DNA of 64,000 nt from Octopus vulgaris. Its lineage: Eukaryota. The position numbers were made by a program, and so were the translations under genes. Positions within the stretch are counted from its first letter, which is position 1. Every line of letters starts with the position of its first letter. Below the pieces are notes generated by a model. That model saw only the letters and a list, made by a program, of their open reading frames with translations, made no database searches and had not been told where the DNA came from. Shown here piece by piece: positions 40,982 to 53,790 of this stretch. The DNA is taken from assembly GCA_951406725.2 (NCBI GenBank), contig OX597816.1, positions 101,618,001-101,682,000 on the forward strand. Reading direction: 5' to 3'.

Positions 40982-41180
40982 AAAGCGACGAGCTGGCAGA
41001 ATCGTTAGCACGCCCAGCGAAATGCTTGGCGGCATTTCGTCCGTCCTCAGGTTCTGAGTTCAAATTCCGTTGAGGTCGACTTTGACTATCATCCTTTAGG
41101 GGTCGATGAAATAAGTACTAATTACGCACTGGGGTAATCGACTAGCCCCTTCCCGCAAAATTTCGTACCTTCTGACTATT
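40982..41180 (+). mobile_element. SINE family B
   Basis: GAGCTGGCAGAATCGTTAGCACG...GAGTTCAAATTCC...GTCGACTTTG. Confidence 0.88.
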
Positions 41181-41581
41181 ATTGTTATTAATCAGTGGTT
41201 TTGTTTCCAATAAGCTCCAAACACTTTCGATACATGGAGTATAGGTAATAGTGGTTTAAGTCTATTATTTATTTATCTAATTCTATAGCGCTTCCTTTCT
41301 GAAATAGGCATGATGATTGCATCCATCAGTAGCGTTGGAGTATTTCCAACACTTAGAAATCTTTAAAAGATAAGCTGAAGGAATTTTGAAAAGATGAACT
41401 CAGTATGATTATGAAAGTTGACTAGAAGACCAGCAGATCCTGGAGCTACTTTCTGTATTTACGTAACTTGTTGACTTCAATATATCATTGACTTTTACAG
41501 TTACGTAATTGTGTCAATAATTATGCTGGTTGCCGGGCTGAAAAAAAAATCATCTCACTTCTTGATTTGTTTATTTCCCAT

Positions 41582-41635
<54 letters not shown>

Positions 41636-41875
41636 AATTTCAACTAAGTATATATATATATATACTTCTACCAATATGAGTATCATTACTCTATGAATTA
41701 ATGCACGCAATAGTTACACAACAACACAGACATAGACACATGTTACGTATATGTGTATACATTTATACTTACGTATATTTATGCATCTACATGCGTACAT
41801 ATGCATGCCTAATTGCACATAAATGTAAATAAAACGCACACTCACGCAAAGAAACATTTACACATACATATACAT

Positions 41876-41918
<43 letters not shown>

Positions 41919-42057
41919 ACCCGCAAATATGTTGAGATATATATCCTTTCAATTTACTAGATGCCCTCGTACATTGCGCAGTTATTTTGTGTGTGTGTGT
42001 GTGAGCATGTATGTGAATGTATATAAATCTGTATATCTCTGAATACATATCCGTGTG

Positions 42058-42110
<53 letters not shown>

Positions 42111-42115
42111 TTCTC

Positions 42116-42179
<64 letters not shown>

Positions 42180-43197
42180 CGTGTGTTTGTATTTTGAGGA
42201 GAAGAATATAAAATATTAAAGAAAACGGGGATTCAAACGAAATAAATTTAAGAAAAGAAAGAACAAAACAATATAGTTTTAAAAAAATGAGAAAAGAGAC
42301 GGAAAAGTTTGGGGTAAATAAATTGGTCTGGTTGTAGAGAGGAAAGAGAAGGAATGGTTTTCGTTTGAGCATATCTAGCTGCAGGGATCATTGACGTCAC
42401 TATCGCTCACTACCAGGCCATTCCACTAACCAAATCAACATGTGAATAGTTTATGATGATAGACTAGTATTTTCACTGGATAATTGTTGTCTGAGTGTGT
42501 GTGAAGGCGAGGGTGGCCAGAAAGTCGCACACAAATACATACACGCACACGCACGCACACATGCACGCACACACGCACACACACACACATACATACACAC
42601 GCACACATGCACGCCCACACACGCGCGCACGTGTACACACACACACACACACACACAGATTATATGTACAAGTGTGTATTTTCGTTATCAATTTTTCAAG
42701 TTATTATTTTTTCCAGTCGTTTTTTTTTTATTAGCATGTAACTATGAAACTATTTATCTATTTATCTGTTTTTGTTTGCATGTTTGCATGTATCCGTGTA
42801 TGTATGTATGTATGTATGTATGTATGTATGTATGTATGTATGTATGTATGTATGTAGGTAGGTAGGTAGGTAGGTAGGTAGGTAGGTAGGTAGGTAGGTA
42901 GGTAGGTAGGCAGGTAGGTAGGTAGGTATACTTGTATGCATCTATCTATCTATCTATCTATCTGTGTGTCAGTCTGATCGTCTATCTGTCTGTCTACTTA
43001 TCTATCTATCTGTCTATATGTCCATTCATCTATCAACCTGGATGTTTCTCTGTCTATACTTGTATGTATGTTCGTTCGGATACAATTTTTAAAATTCCCC
43101 ACCAATACAGAAAGAGCAGGTTTTTAATCTACAATAACAAGTCTTTTCCATAGCCTTTTCACGTATCTAGACACTACGTGTGTATGCATATATGTGT

Positions 43198-43583
43198 GGA
43201 GGCGCAATGGCCCAGTGGTTAGGGCAGCGGACTCGCGGTCATAGGATCGCGGTTTCGATTCCCAGACCGGGCGTTATGAGTGTTTATTGAGCGAAAATAC
43301 CTAAAGCTCCACGAGGCTCCGGCAGGGGATGGTGGTGATCCCTGCTGTACTCTTTCACCACAACTTTCTCTCACTCTTACTTCCTGTTTCTGTTGTACCT
43401 GTATTTCAAAGGGCCGGACTTGTCACTCTCTGTGTCACGCTGAATATCCCCGAGAACTACGTTAAGGGTGCACGTGTCTGTGGAGTGCTCAGCCACTTAC
43501 ACGTTAATTTCACGAGCAGGCTGTTCCGTTGATTCGGATCAACCGGAACCCTCGTCGTCGTAACCGACGGAGTGCTTCCATCC
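43198..43583 (+). mobile_element. Full-length tRNA-Arg-like SINE with 14-bp TSD
   Basis: A box TGGCCCAGTGG, B box GGTTTCGATTCC; TSD ATGCATATAWGTGT at 43184-43197 and 43584-43597. Confidence 0.92.
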
Positions 43584-44191
43584 ATGCATATAAGTGTTTC
43601 ATTGTTCGCGGAAATCTACAGGTTCTGTTATATGTATGTGAGCACATACATATGTTTGCATGTCTATACGTATAGATAGAACTTCCTGCTGGCAAAACTT
43701 TTAGAGTGTTTAATAATTTTCAGTTTCATTAATGAATTATGATTATATTTTCTGATTAGCTGTATCCTTTACGCAAAACCGAACAATGCTGATATAATTT
43801 AGAAAATAATCAAATATTCTAATAATCACACGTATAAATCTAGAGCTATAGTCGGGGGTAAAGGATCTGTCGATTTCTCATTTGTCCGACATTGACAATT
43901 TGTGTTTCTATCCTTAATATAAGTTTAACGTCTACGAACAACTGAGTTCCGCTACATTGTACACTTTCTTTTCCCCATCCTGACCATCATGCCTGGTTTG
44001 TTTTGCCTGTTTTTTTAACATTCCTCTAAAAATTCTTTCCAGCAACGGCTAGGGAAGAGCGCCAGATGAATTTTCTTCCTTTATGGGCCTGTTCAATGAC
44101 GCGCACTCGCAGACAGTCACATGTCCTGGCGAGAATTCGTCGTCTCTGGTATAAAACATTTTTGATCCTTTTGCTACTGGAACAAAATTTC

Positions 44192-44244
<53 letters not shown>

Positions 44245-44600
44245 TTTATCTCTCTGTTTCTCCCTCTCTCTTTATCTCTGTTATTCTTTCTCTCTACCTC
44301 TCCCTCTGATATTGTGTTTTTAACACTGCAAATCCATAAGAGAGGATATCTCGTGACAAATACTGCGGTAACTGGCCCCTCGACAGTGTGTATTAAATAC
44401 TCAATTGTCTATAGTGGATTTTTAATCAACCAGGCAGCTATTCGCAACATCAGCAAATATTTTATTCACTTTATTTTATATCAGAGACGACAATTTCTCT
44501 TTCGTGCTTGGGGCTGTCTCCGAGTACGCGGCATTGAAAGACCCAAAAATGGCGGAAATACATCTGAGGCTTTCATAAACCGCGCCGAGACAAATATTTA

Positions 44601-44660
<60 letters not shown>

Positions 44661-45257
44661 CCTCTCTCTCAATCTATCTATCTATTTTTCTATTTATCTA
44701 TCTATCTATCACAAATGTGAACCAGTAATCAATTGGATTTAGAAGATTGAAGTCAGTTTACTTTGTTCTTCCTAAGGAAAACTCACCATTACCAGACTTT
44801 TATTGCAAATTTGTGGTTACATACCCATTGTACTCCTGAGAATAAATACAAAGGAAAAAACCTATAACCCGGATAGAAAATCTGTGAGTTCCTCATTAGT
44901 TCACAAAAAATGTGCTCTTTCTCTACAATTTTAAATGAAGTATATGTATGCATTATATATAAATATTTGTATGTATTATGTATGTATGTTTGTATGTATG
45001 CGTGTGTGAATGTAAATATGTATGTATGAATGTATTTGTATGTGTACGTCTATAAGTGTATGTTGATGAATGGCAGACAGATTACAATTAAACATTTCAT
45101 CTTTCTTCAGCGAATTCTACTATCACAAATGCTAGACTTCTCGTTTACCTCATGACAAACTAATTTATTCCACAGTGTATTTTTCATATAAATATGCGTA
45201 TTTGTTTATGTCTATCTATATTTTCACATACCTATTTTGTTTATTTCTTCGTTTCAG

Positions 45258-45326
45258 AGAGAACTTCATCAGTACACTTGACAATGGTGCAACTTCACTG
45301 ACAAGAAATGGTGGAGCCCATAATCA
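45258..45326 (+). CDS. Candidate 69-nt internal exon (ENFISTLDNGATSLTRNGGAHN)
   Basis: Acceptor TTTATTTCTTCGTTTCAG, donor CA|GTATGT, length divisible by 3, only one open frame. Product not recognised. Confidence 0.4.
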
Positions 45327-47085
45327 GTATGTTTAATTAAGGAAGTAGCGTACAAGACACGGCCAAATTACCTTTCTGATATGAAGAGAAACAATATTAT
45401 TTTCATCAAATTTTTCAGAAGCAATGGCCGACAGCCGAATGACATAGAAGTGTAGATGTCATTCAATTTGGCTTTACAGAAGCTGCACTGGCGATTATTA
45501 AGGAGGAATAGTTGTTGGAGGTACTCATATATCAATTCATTACTTTCAGTCATAAACGAAATAAAAGGAGTCCCTTTAGAGATAATTCCTTTCCCCAGTT
45601 ACATAGCTTCAACAGCAACAAATATGTCAAGCCCCTAAAAAGGACGCCTAACAAAGTAACTTTCTAATATTGATATTCTACATAATTCTTATAATTGAGG
45701 CAGGCGCAATGTTTTTAACTTATCGTAATCTAACAGCTCGTTATAGTTTATAACAAACCAAAATATGACACTATCCACACTTCCGGATAATAGAAAAGAC
45801 ATTTGCAAACGGATATAACTGAATGTTTACAACGGAAATTTGGATAGAGATGTTTATGTCTACAGTTATATTACATTAGTATTCATATCCTTACACAGAT
45901 GGCTATAATCGTAAAAAAATATCATTTTAGAGTTACAAAATATCACTCATCATCATCATCATCAGTTTCATTACTGCATATTTGTTCTCACCTTCATCAT
46001 CATTATTATTATCATCATTATCATCATCATAATCAACATCTCTTTCATCCTCTTTATCATTTTAGAGTCTGTGTTTCCATCCTTGATAAGTTGCATAGAT
46101 GTGTCTCGCTGCATCTTTCTACACATCTCGAAGTGGCTCCCTTATTGTACCTTCTACTGTGACCTCATAACACTGTCCTCCATCATCTATCCCCCATTCA
46201 AATAACCTTGTTCGCGCCACTGCGGTCGTCTGCCTTTCCTACATTAATCGATGCCTAAATGCTTCACAAACTTTGAAATGCTTTGAATGTATTTTGCTGT
46301 GCATCGCATCTGGACAAAGCAATTTATTTTAATACCCATTTTTTTCTACACTGACTTCTTTACGGTACGGTATAATCGAATAATGAAGGGGTTTGCGTGG
46401 TCGCCTGACCTACTAGAAATAGCAACCAAGTGTCTCTCAAATATTCATTCTATTATCTTTACAAAAAATATATATATATTGAGTATATAAAACGATTCAA
46501 AAGTAACTGACACAGCTATTTCACATTTAAACATAAAGTATTCATTGGTTTATCGTGATTGTACCCTCTGCTGAAATCACATAGCTCTAGGATGCTTAAT
46601 TGTCTTACAGACCATTAGCTGCTAAGATAGGTTGGTCGCGGCCAGAATATGTTTGATCATAGATCTGCACCACTTGAACTAACCAGGGGATAAGCAACAA
46701 CATAAATACAGCAACAACGACGGCATAGAATTTGCGCGAAAGTTTCCTACTAGAGGCTAGCGTTTTGTTTAGTGAGAGATTTATATCTCATTTGATTTCA
46801 TCTGTGAACGCTGCAAAAACTGGAATTAAGTACAGTTCTGTGAACTATTAAACGTCCTGAGGTTTCGTAGAAATATTAAACCAATTTAAATGACAAAAAA
46901 AAAAGTGGGTTTGATAAGTCACTAATCGATCGGAGATGTGTTTACTCAGTCACTTCGGTCGTTGAGCCAAGTAAAGCGCTACGTCAAATAGGCAGACAAT
47001 ACGTCAGCCGACACTAAAACCATTTCTCTCTCTTTGTAGTCCAATCGGCTGCTCTTTCTGTCTTCTTTATTTTAATCGATGTAGT

Positions 47086-47160
47086 GAAGAAGAAGAAGAA
47101 GAAGAAGAAGAAGAAGAAGAAGAAGAAGAAGAAGAAGAAGAAGAAGAAGAAGAAGAAGAA
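47086..47160. repeat. (GAA)n microsatellite
   Basis: Perfect run. Confidence 0.95.
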
Positions 47161-47276
47161 AATGCCAATGTAAATGAGATTTGAAGTACAAAGTTGTAAT
47201 GTGGCTAAAAATCGATTCCTAGTGCTCCTACCGCTGCTCCAAGTCGACTATTTATTTACAACACTTGTGTGTGTAT

Positions 47277-47307
<31 letters not shown>

Positions 47308-47554
47308 CGTATGCGTGTCTTTGTTCATGTGTGCGTGTGTATATGTGTGTGTGTTGGCGAGTGCAAGAGGCAGACAGACAGTGAGTGTGAGAGTGTATGT
47401 GTGTGTGTGTGTGTGTGAGTGTGTGTGCGTGTGTGGTTGTATTTATGCTTTATCAAGGATACATCAAGAAATGTTGAAAACGTTCGACCTTTGTCTTTCA
47501 CCATTTAGTTTCGTCCTATTCTATCGATTCCGCCGTTTATTGATTTAATAATGG

Positions 47555-48860
47555 TCTGCAATTTCCAAAGGTGGGATAAGTCGATATTATCGATCAAGTA
47601 CTTAAGTAATACTTCATTTTATCAGCCCCAGAAGGATAAGTTGACCTCGACGTAATTTGAACCTTGAAAATAAAGAATCGGAACAAAGTACTTTTGCCGA
47701 TGCTCTAACGATTCTGTCAGTCCAGCGCCTGTCACTTGATTTGATAATGATTTCTACTTTTGCTTTCAAATTTTGGCACAAGGCCAGCAAGTCCAGAGGA
47801 GGGGTAAGTTGATTACATCGACTCCAGTGCTCAACTGGTACTTACCTTAGCAACCACGAAAGGATAAAAGGCAAGGTCGACCTCGTCGGAATTTGAACTG
47901 AGAACGAGAAGACGGACGAAATACCCATCTTTTTATTACCCACAAGGGGCTAAACATTAAGGAGACAAACAAACAGATTAAGTCGATTACATCGACCCCA
48001 GTGCTTAACTGGTACTTAATTTATTGACCCCGAAAGGATGAAAGGCCTTTGCCTTTCATCGACCTCGGCGGAATTTGAACTCAGAACGTAACGGCAGACA
48101 AAATACCGGTAAGCATTTCGTCCAGCGTGCTAACGCTTCTGCCAGCTCGCCGCCTTTCATTGTGAAATCTAATTCTGATACAAGGCTGAATGTTAGAATA
48201 ATAAATGTTTCCTAACAAAAGCACAAGACCTGAAACTTGGGAAGGAAAAAGTCAATGCCATCGACCTAGTATATGACTAGTACTTTATTTTATTGATCCC
48301 AAAAGGAGGAAAAGCGAATTTCACATTGGCACGATTTTAAGCCTTATAATGACAACAATATTTTTTCTTTATGTTACGTTCTGAGTTCAAATTCCACCTC
48401 GGTCGACTTTGCTTTCATCCGTTTCGGAGTCGATAAATTAAGTACCAGTTGCGTACTGGAGTCGATCTTATCGACTGTCCCCCTTACCCCAAAATTTCAG
48501 GCCTTGTGCCTAGAGTAGAAAAGAATATTTTTCTTTATTATTGCAACCAGAAGATATTCGTTCAGTTAATAAATTCACGTCCAAAAGTGTTGCAAAATAT
48601 GTGGAAAGAAACGAAACGAAAGTTTACGAAAGGAGAATTAACGAGAATATAAAATACGTTGGTTTCAAAGTTTGACACAAGGCCAACAGTTTTGGATGAG
48701 GAGGTAAGTCGATTACATAGACCCCAGTGCTTAACTGGTACTTATTTTATCGACTTCGAAATGATGAAAGGTAAAGTCGACCTCGACAGAATTTGAACTC
48801 AGTATGTAAAGACGGACGTAATACCGCTATGCGTTTTGCACGGCATGATAACGATTCTGA
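47555..48860. mobile_element. Cluster of family B SINEs (four minus copies including a dimer at 47765-48157; one plus copy at 48372-48527)
   Basis: Repeated GTCGACCTCG..GGAATTTGAAC cores in both orientations. Confidence 0.88.
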
Positions 48861-50118
48861 CTTTAGACAATATGCAATATACTCAGATATTCTTAATTGC
48901 ACAGAATAACTATATGCGGTTTAGACTCAACATAAAGACACGTAGCTAAATACAACTCAATGGTGGCTGCTATCAATCGGCTTCAATCATCATCAGGCAA
49001 ACGTTATCATGAAAGAAATCCAGCCAACAACTGAGAGAGCCAACCATTGAATATGATTGAAAAGGAATGATGAAACTTGTTTGGAGTCATGACGTGTGGG
49101 TATAAGTCAGAAACCAATTTGTCTATACGGAAAGTCAGCCCTGCATGACTATACAATTGGAATGGACGGATGATCTCGAAATGGACTTACGATTAAATAC
49201 TAGTTAATCTATCCAATTAGAGGAGCCTCACATCAGTGAGTGGGGCCGGTGCACCGTAAAGTCGTCGGGTGGAAGGCTCCGAAACAGTACGCATTCTCTT
49301 CTGCTGAACCCTGAAACCGACTTACACATGCAAGCTGTTTCCAATTCTTTGTTCAACCGTTTGTGCCATCCGCTAACTTAATAATAGTTGTCTCTAATAT
49401 AAGTACATCACCCACATATATATAGTAACAAAAGGATTGAGAGGTGAGTGTTGTGACGCAGCTTATCGGCTCGTAGGCCTTAAAAACTATCAAATGTAGT
49501 TATTGATAAACAGACAAAACAAATACAGACTCACACAGGTAGATTGAAAAACACTGAGATAGACTGATCCACCAAGCAGATTGACTAACAGATACGCAAA
49601 CAAACTCACTGATGCACAGAAATAACTGACTGTTGCAACGACGGTGTCAACTAAGGCACAGGCAGGCCGAATGATGCACTGGTCGACTGACTGATGCACA
49701 AACATTATTGACTAAGGTAGAGACAGACTGATACTCAGACAAATAAGGACTGGTAATAAACACAGATGAGGGACACAGACATACAGACAAACATAGACAC
49801 TGACACAGTAAGATGAAATATTGCACCGAGTAAATAAACCTCAGCCCTAATCATTTCCACTACCAGCCTCAACCGAGGGTGTATAACGATATAACAATCA
49901 GCAGCCTATCCTAATTCCTGACCGCTCTTGTTGTTAACTTCGCATTTATGAATAATTTGTTTTTTAATAACTTAAGTCATTCTGGACATGTGAGTGCGTA
50001 TATGAATACGAGTGTTGATGCTAATGTGTATATATGTATATGTATGTGATTATTTATGGTTTTGTGTTTTTTATTTGTTGGCAAGTTTTTGTAAGTTTAT
50101 TTATGCGTTCATATGCTC

Positions 50119-50137
50119 AGGCAGCAGGTGGCGCTGT
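50119..50137 (+). promoter_or_regulatory. CTCF-like motif
   Basis: GGCAGCAGGTGGCGCTG versus consensus CCASYAGRKGGCRC. Confidence 0.4.
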
Positions 50138-51139
50138 AAGTTAGATATGGCGTAGGCCACACACTACTGGCCCTAATCTACGTTTGTCTAAGTTGATGTT
50201 ATAAATTTCATAAACCTAAGTGTATATCTGTACTAGTTTATATGTATTATATATTCATGTATATATGTGTGTATATGTATCTGTGCATGATATGCACATG
50301 TGTATGTGCGTATGCCTTCAATAATAAGTTTCTGTATTTGGTTATATACCACCTACTGCTGAAGTAGGTGGTATATCATTATTTATGATTCTCGGAAATC
50401 TTATGAGAAGGGGCTGGTTGCTAAGAAAAACTATTGCATCATTGAAATTTATATCACTGTAAAGAGTTATACGTTGAATTTTTAAAAGATTTATTAATTG
50501 AATTTACAGAATATATGTTAAAAAGTTTCTTTCTTAACCTTTTTTTTTTCTTTATTAAACACTTAGTAATGTAATCAAGAGCGCCAAAGATTGCGGGTGC
50601 CATGTAAATCTGATAGATAAATCATTGATTTTGGAGCAGTTCTACTTAAATGTTCTTCTTACTAATTTCGAATGAAACATCCAACTTCGACTCCTCGATA
50701 GTATATACTTTATATCATAAGCTTCATAGGAAGATCGTGCCTTCATGCCATATTTGGGACAACTTCTGATCATATATATAATGTTTAACACAAAACCGTG
50801 ATATAATTGACATTTTTGGTCGCTCCTCTTGGTCTTAGCATAATCTTCGAAATCTAACATGGCTAGGCGCAGGACCACTGGGAGTCTCAGTGGCAGGTGT
50901 TCACGAACTAGCTCAGAAACAGAGCTGTGGTTAGGAGTCCAGGAGCTATGACTTCTGAAGTTCCAGACGTTTAGCAATATTTCAAGTTTTAATACGACTA
51001 AGTTATAACAGAAAGAGTCGATTTCCTTTGTGAAATTTTCAGTGGAAAAAGCCTCAATAATTAATGGTATTTTGAGAAAAGGCAAAAAAAAAATCCAATC
51101 ATTCAGTTAAGAGAATATTCATAATTTAATAAAACATAT

Positions 51140-51742
51140 TTATGTACTCTTTTCAAAAGCAAATGGTTTCATTATTTCACTGATGTCAATTGTCCCCACA
51201 AGTTTGCTCTCAAAACTAAGGATGACCAGAACATTCATTTTTCTTACCTCTGTGTCGTCATACTCTTCAAAAAGTTCTTGATGGGCTTTAGTTTGTTGAA
51301 AGATCTCTCAGGAGATGCTACTGTAACTGGAAATGTGCTGAATATTTACAATGCAATGCAAATATTTCAAAAACATGTAATTTAACTTGTACATTTTTAT
51401 TGTACTTAAAAGTCGATGTGACCCCCATATCTTCATCGAAGTTTGACGCATGAATTATCTAAAGGTGCCTCAATTTCTCTTGCATGGATCGTCTAGGATT
51501 ATCTTATAATTTTGCACATGCATTATTGAGATCCTCTTCTGTCGTATTTAGATATTGCTACAATGAAGAATTAGCTATTAATTGTATTCGTAACATCAAA
51601 CCACATGGCACTTTGACAATTTCCAAATCTATAACATCTAACGATAAATTCCGTTTGAATCCAGATTTAGGCTTATGAGAACCTTTTTGGACAATCTCCT
51701 CTGCATCATCATCATCACCCTCAATGAAGATAATAATTATAC

Positions 51743-51779
<37 letters not shown>

Positions 51780-52177
51780 CGACGAACTCTGCGATTCACA
51801 TACGCAAAATCGGAGTAGCAAATAAACGAAAACAATCTCTTACCGTTAATGGTGAACATGTTTCTAGATCACAACCCACTATCTGATGTCACTTGGTCAG
51901 AGGTGAGGGCTTGTGGCATTTGGTAAATCTATCGAATATGGTGTTGACGAAGGAAATCAAGCTATTTTCGAGCTTGTGATCTAGAAACATGTTCACCATT
52001 AACGGTAAGAGATTGTTTTCGTTTATTTGCTACTCCGATTTTGCGTATGTGAATCGCAGGGTTCGTCGTATATGGAATCTCCACTTGTAGAAAATGGAAA
52101 AAACAGTCTTTGACTGCCATTTCTAATTCCTTCGGTATGCGGCGAAGCAGCCTGTTGCCCGCCCTTTTAATTATTTT

Positions 52178-52208
<31 letters not shown>

Positions 52209-52900
52209 ACTGTCCCTTTTGATGAGACAGGGGACTCAGTTTGATTCCCTCGGTGACCAGTTTTGCTTCATTTAAATTTGTGACCATTTTCTAGATAGAT
52301 AGAGTAACTCTAAATTTGAGACCTTAACATTTATCTCTTGCCGAGATGATCTCATTTCTATTTTTGATCGGAATCTCTAGCCATATAGAAAGCATGAGAA
52401 CCCGTATTCATTGCATCATTTATTCCATTAATGGTTTTTAGTGCAATATTGAGAGACAGGCTTTTTTACTATTCCAGTAAGACGAACTGAAAATGTCCTC
52501 ACACTTGTCATTCAATCTACTGAACGAATATTTGACAAAACGTAGAGTCTAAGAAGTGTGAATGGACTCACCTACTGCTCCTTGGTTATATCGCGGCACT
52601 TATTACTAGAAGGAAAACGGTAAACTATCTACACTACTCAAAATAAATGTTACTTCCTCCGCGCAACATGCAGTAAAATCTAGTCTACAAACGTCTGAAG
52701 AACTGCATTCACAGCGACTATGGCTAGTTATTACACTGGCCAAACATGTCGACAACGCCATCATAACTCTGTCCAATACAATATTTAATCGGTATCCCAA
52801 AAGGCTTGAGTGCAATCATATTCGCTATTGCAGGACCGTCTTCTTAACACAACCAACAGCAGTTTTTAAAAAATCATGCTTGAACTGCAAATTCAGTTCT
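51140..52900 (-). mobile_element. Decayed hAT transposase (ZMYM1/DUF4371-like type), interrupted by a MITE
   Basis: IGQSYDGVVDMFG (GQSYDGA..MSG motif) near 52740-52780; NICIAL*IFSTFPVTVASPERSF / KLKPIKNFLKS dimerisation motif near 51250-51365. Confidence 0.8.
51776..52072. mobile_element. Young MITE with 99-bp terminal inverted repeats
   Basis: 51776-51874 is the reverse complement of 51974-52072 with one mismatch seen; TA at both ends. Confidence 0.9.
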
Positions 52901-52925
52901 GTTTATGATGACAGAAATATGAATT

Positions 52926-53182
52926 AAGGCGAGCTGGTAGAAAATTAAGGCGGCGAGCTGGTAGAAGCATTAGCACGTCAGGTGAAATGCTTAGCGGTAT
53001 TTCGTCTGCCGTTACGTTCTGAGTTCAAATTCCGCCGAAATCGACTTTGCCTTTCATCCTTTCGGGGTCGATAAATTAAGTACCAGTTATCCACTGAGGT
53101 CGATGTAATCGACTTAATCCTTTTGTCTGTCCTTGTTTGTCCCCTCTATGTTTAGCCCCTTGTGAGAAATAAAGAAATAAGA
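52926..53182 (+). mobile_element. SINE family B monomer with duplicated 5' tip
   Basis: AAGGCGAGCTGGTAGAA then AAGGCGGCGAGCTGGTAGAA; Meta-like core; tail AAAGAAATAAG. Confidence 0.9.
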
Positions 53183-53225
53183 AATATGAATTTCTTACTA
53201 TTACTCACACACACACATACACAAT

Positions 53226-53524
53226 CTGATATACTGAAAAGTTTGTCGGGCTGTAATAAACTTGGTGTACACAATTAAAATATGCATCTGTGTACCATAC
53301 ATAACTTATATACACTCGTGAGTCACTGATGAGACGATGTTTGCCTCACTCCCATATATACTGCGTTTTCTACACAGCATGTCTAGGAAGAGCTTTTCTC
53401 TTAGCCAAAAACACGTCATCATGTCTTTCAATGGTATGGTACACAGACGGCTATTTTAAGTTAATACTGTTTCAGATGCGTACATCGGATTTATCACAGC
53501 CCGACAAACTTTCCGCAATATCAG
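53226..53524. mobile_element. Inverted-repeat element (MITE-like)
   Basis: CTGATAT...AAAGTTTGTCGGGCTGT...TCTGTGTACCATAC is inverted at 53433-53524. Confidence 0.7.
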
Positions 53525-53790
53525 TGACTGAGTTGTTTATTGCTTTCAATATATCGGAGAGCATAAATTCCACATAGACATGTAAGAAGCGAGTTCATAT
53601 TCTTGGCAAGGTCCAAGAAGGCCGAAACGTATCTAGTGTCCTCGTGAATCACTGCAAATGTTTGCCTCGCGCTGATATATATAGCGTTTTTAACACACGT
53701 CTATAAAGTGATTTCCTTCAGACAAAAAACACAGAAGCATATTTTCGGTGATCTATATACGTTAAGCAGAGTGCACAGATGGCTACTTTA

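Noticed and set aside
43198-43275. tRNA-Arg gene
   Set aside because: No proper acceptor stem; continues into a SINE body with TSD.
50642-51085. 147-aa ORF, possibly piggyBac-like
   Set aside because: Only vague motif resemblance; no catalytic motifs or TTAA/TIR ends identified.
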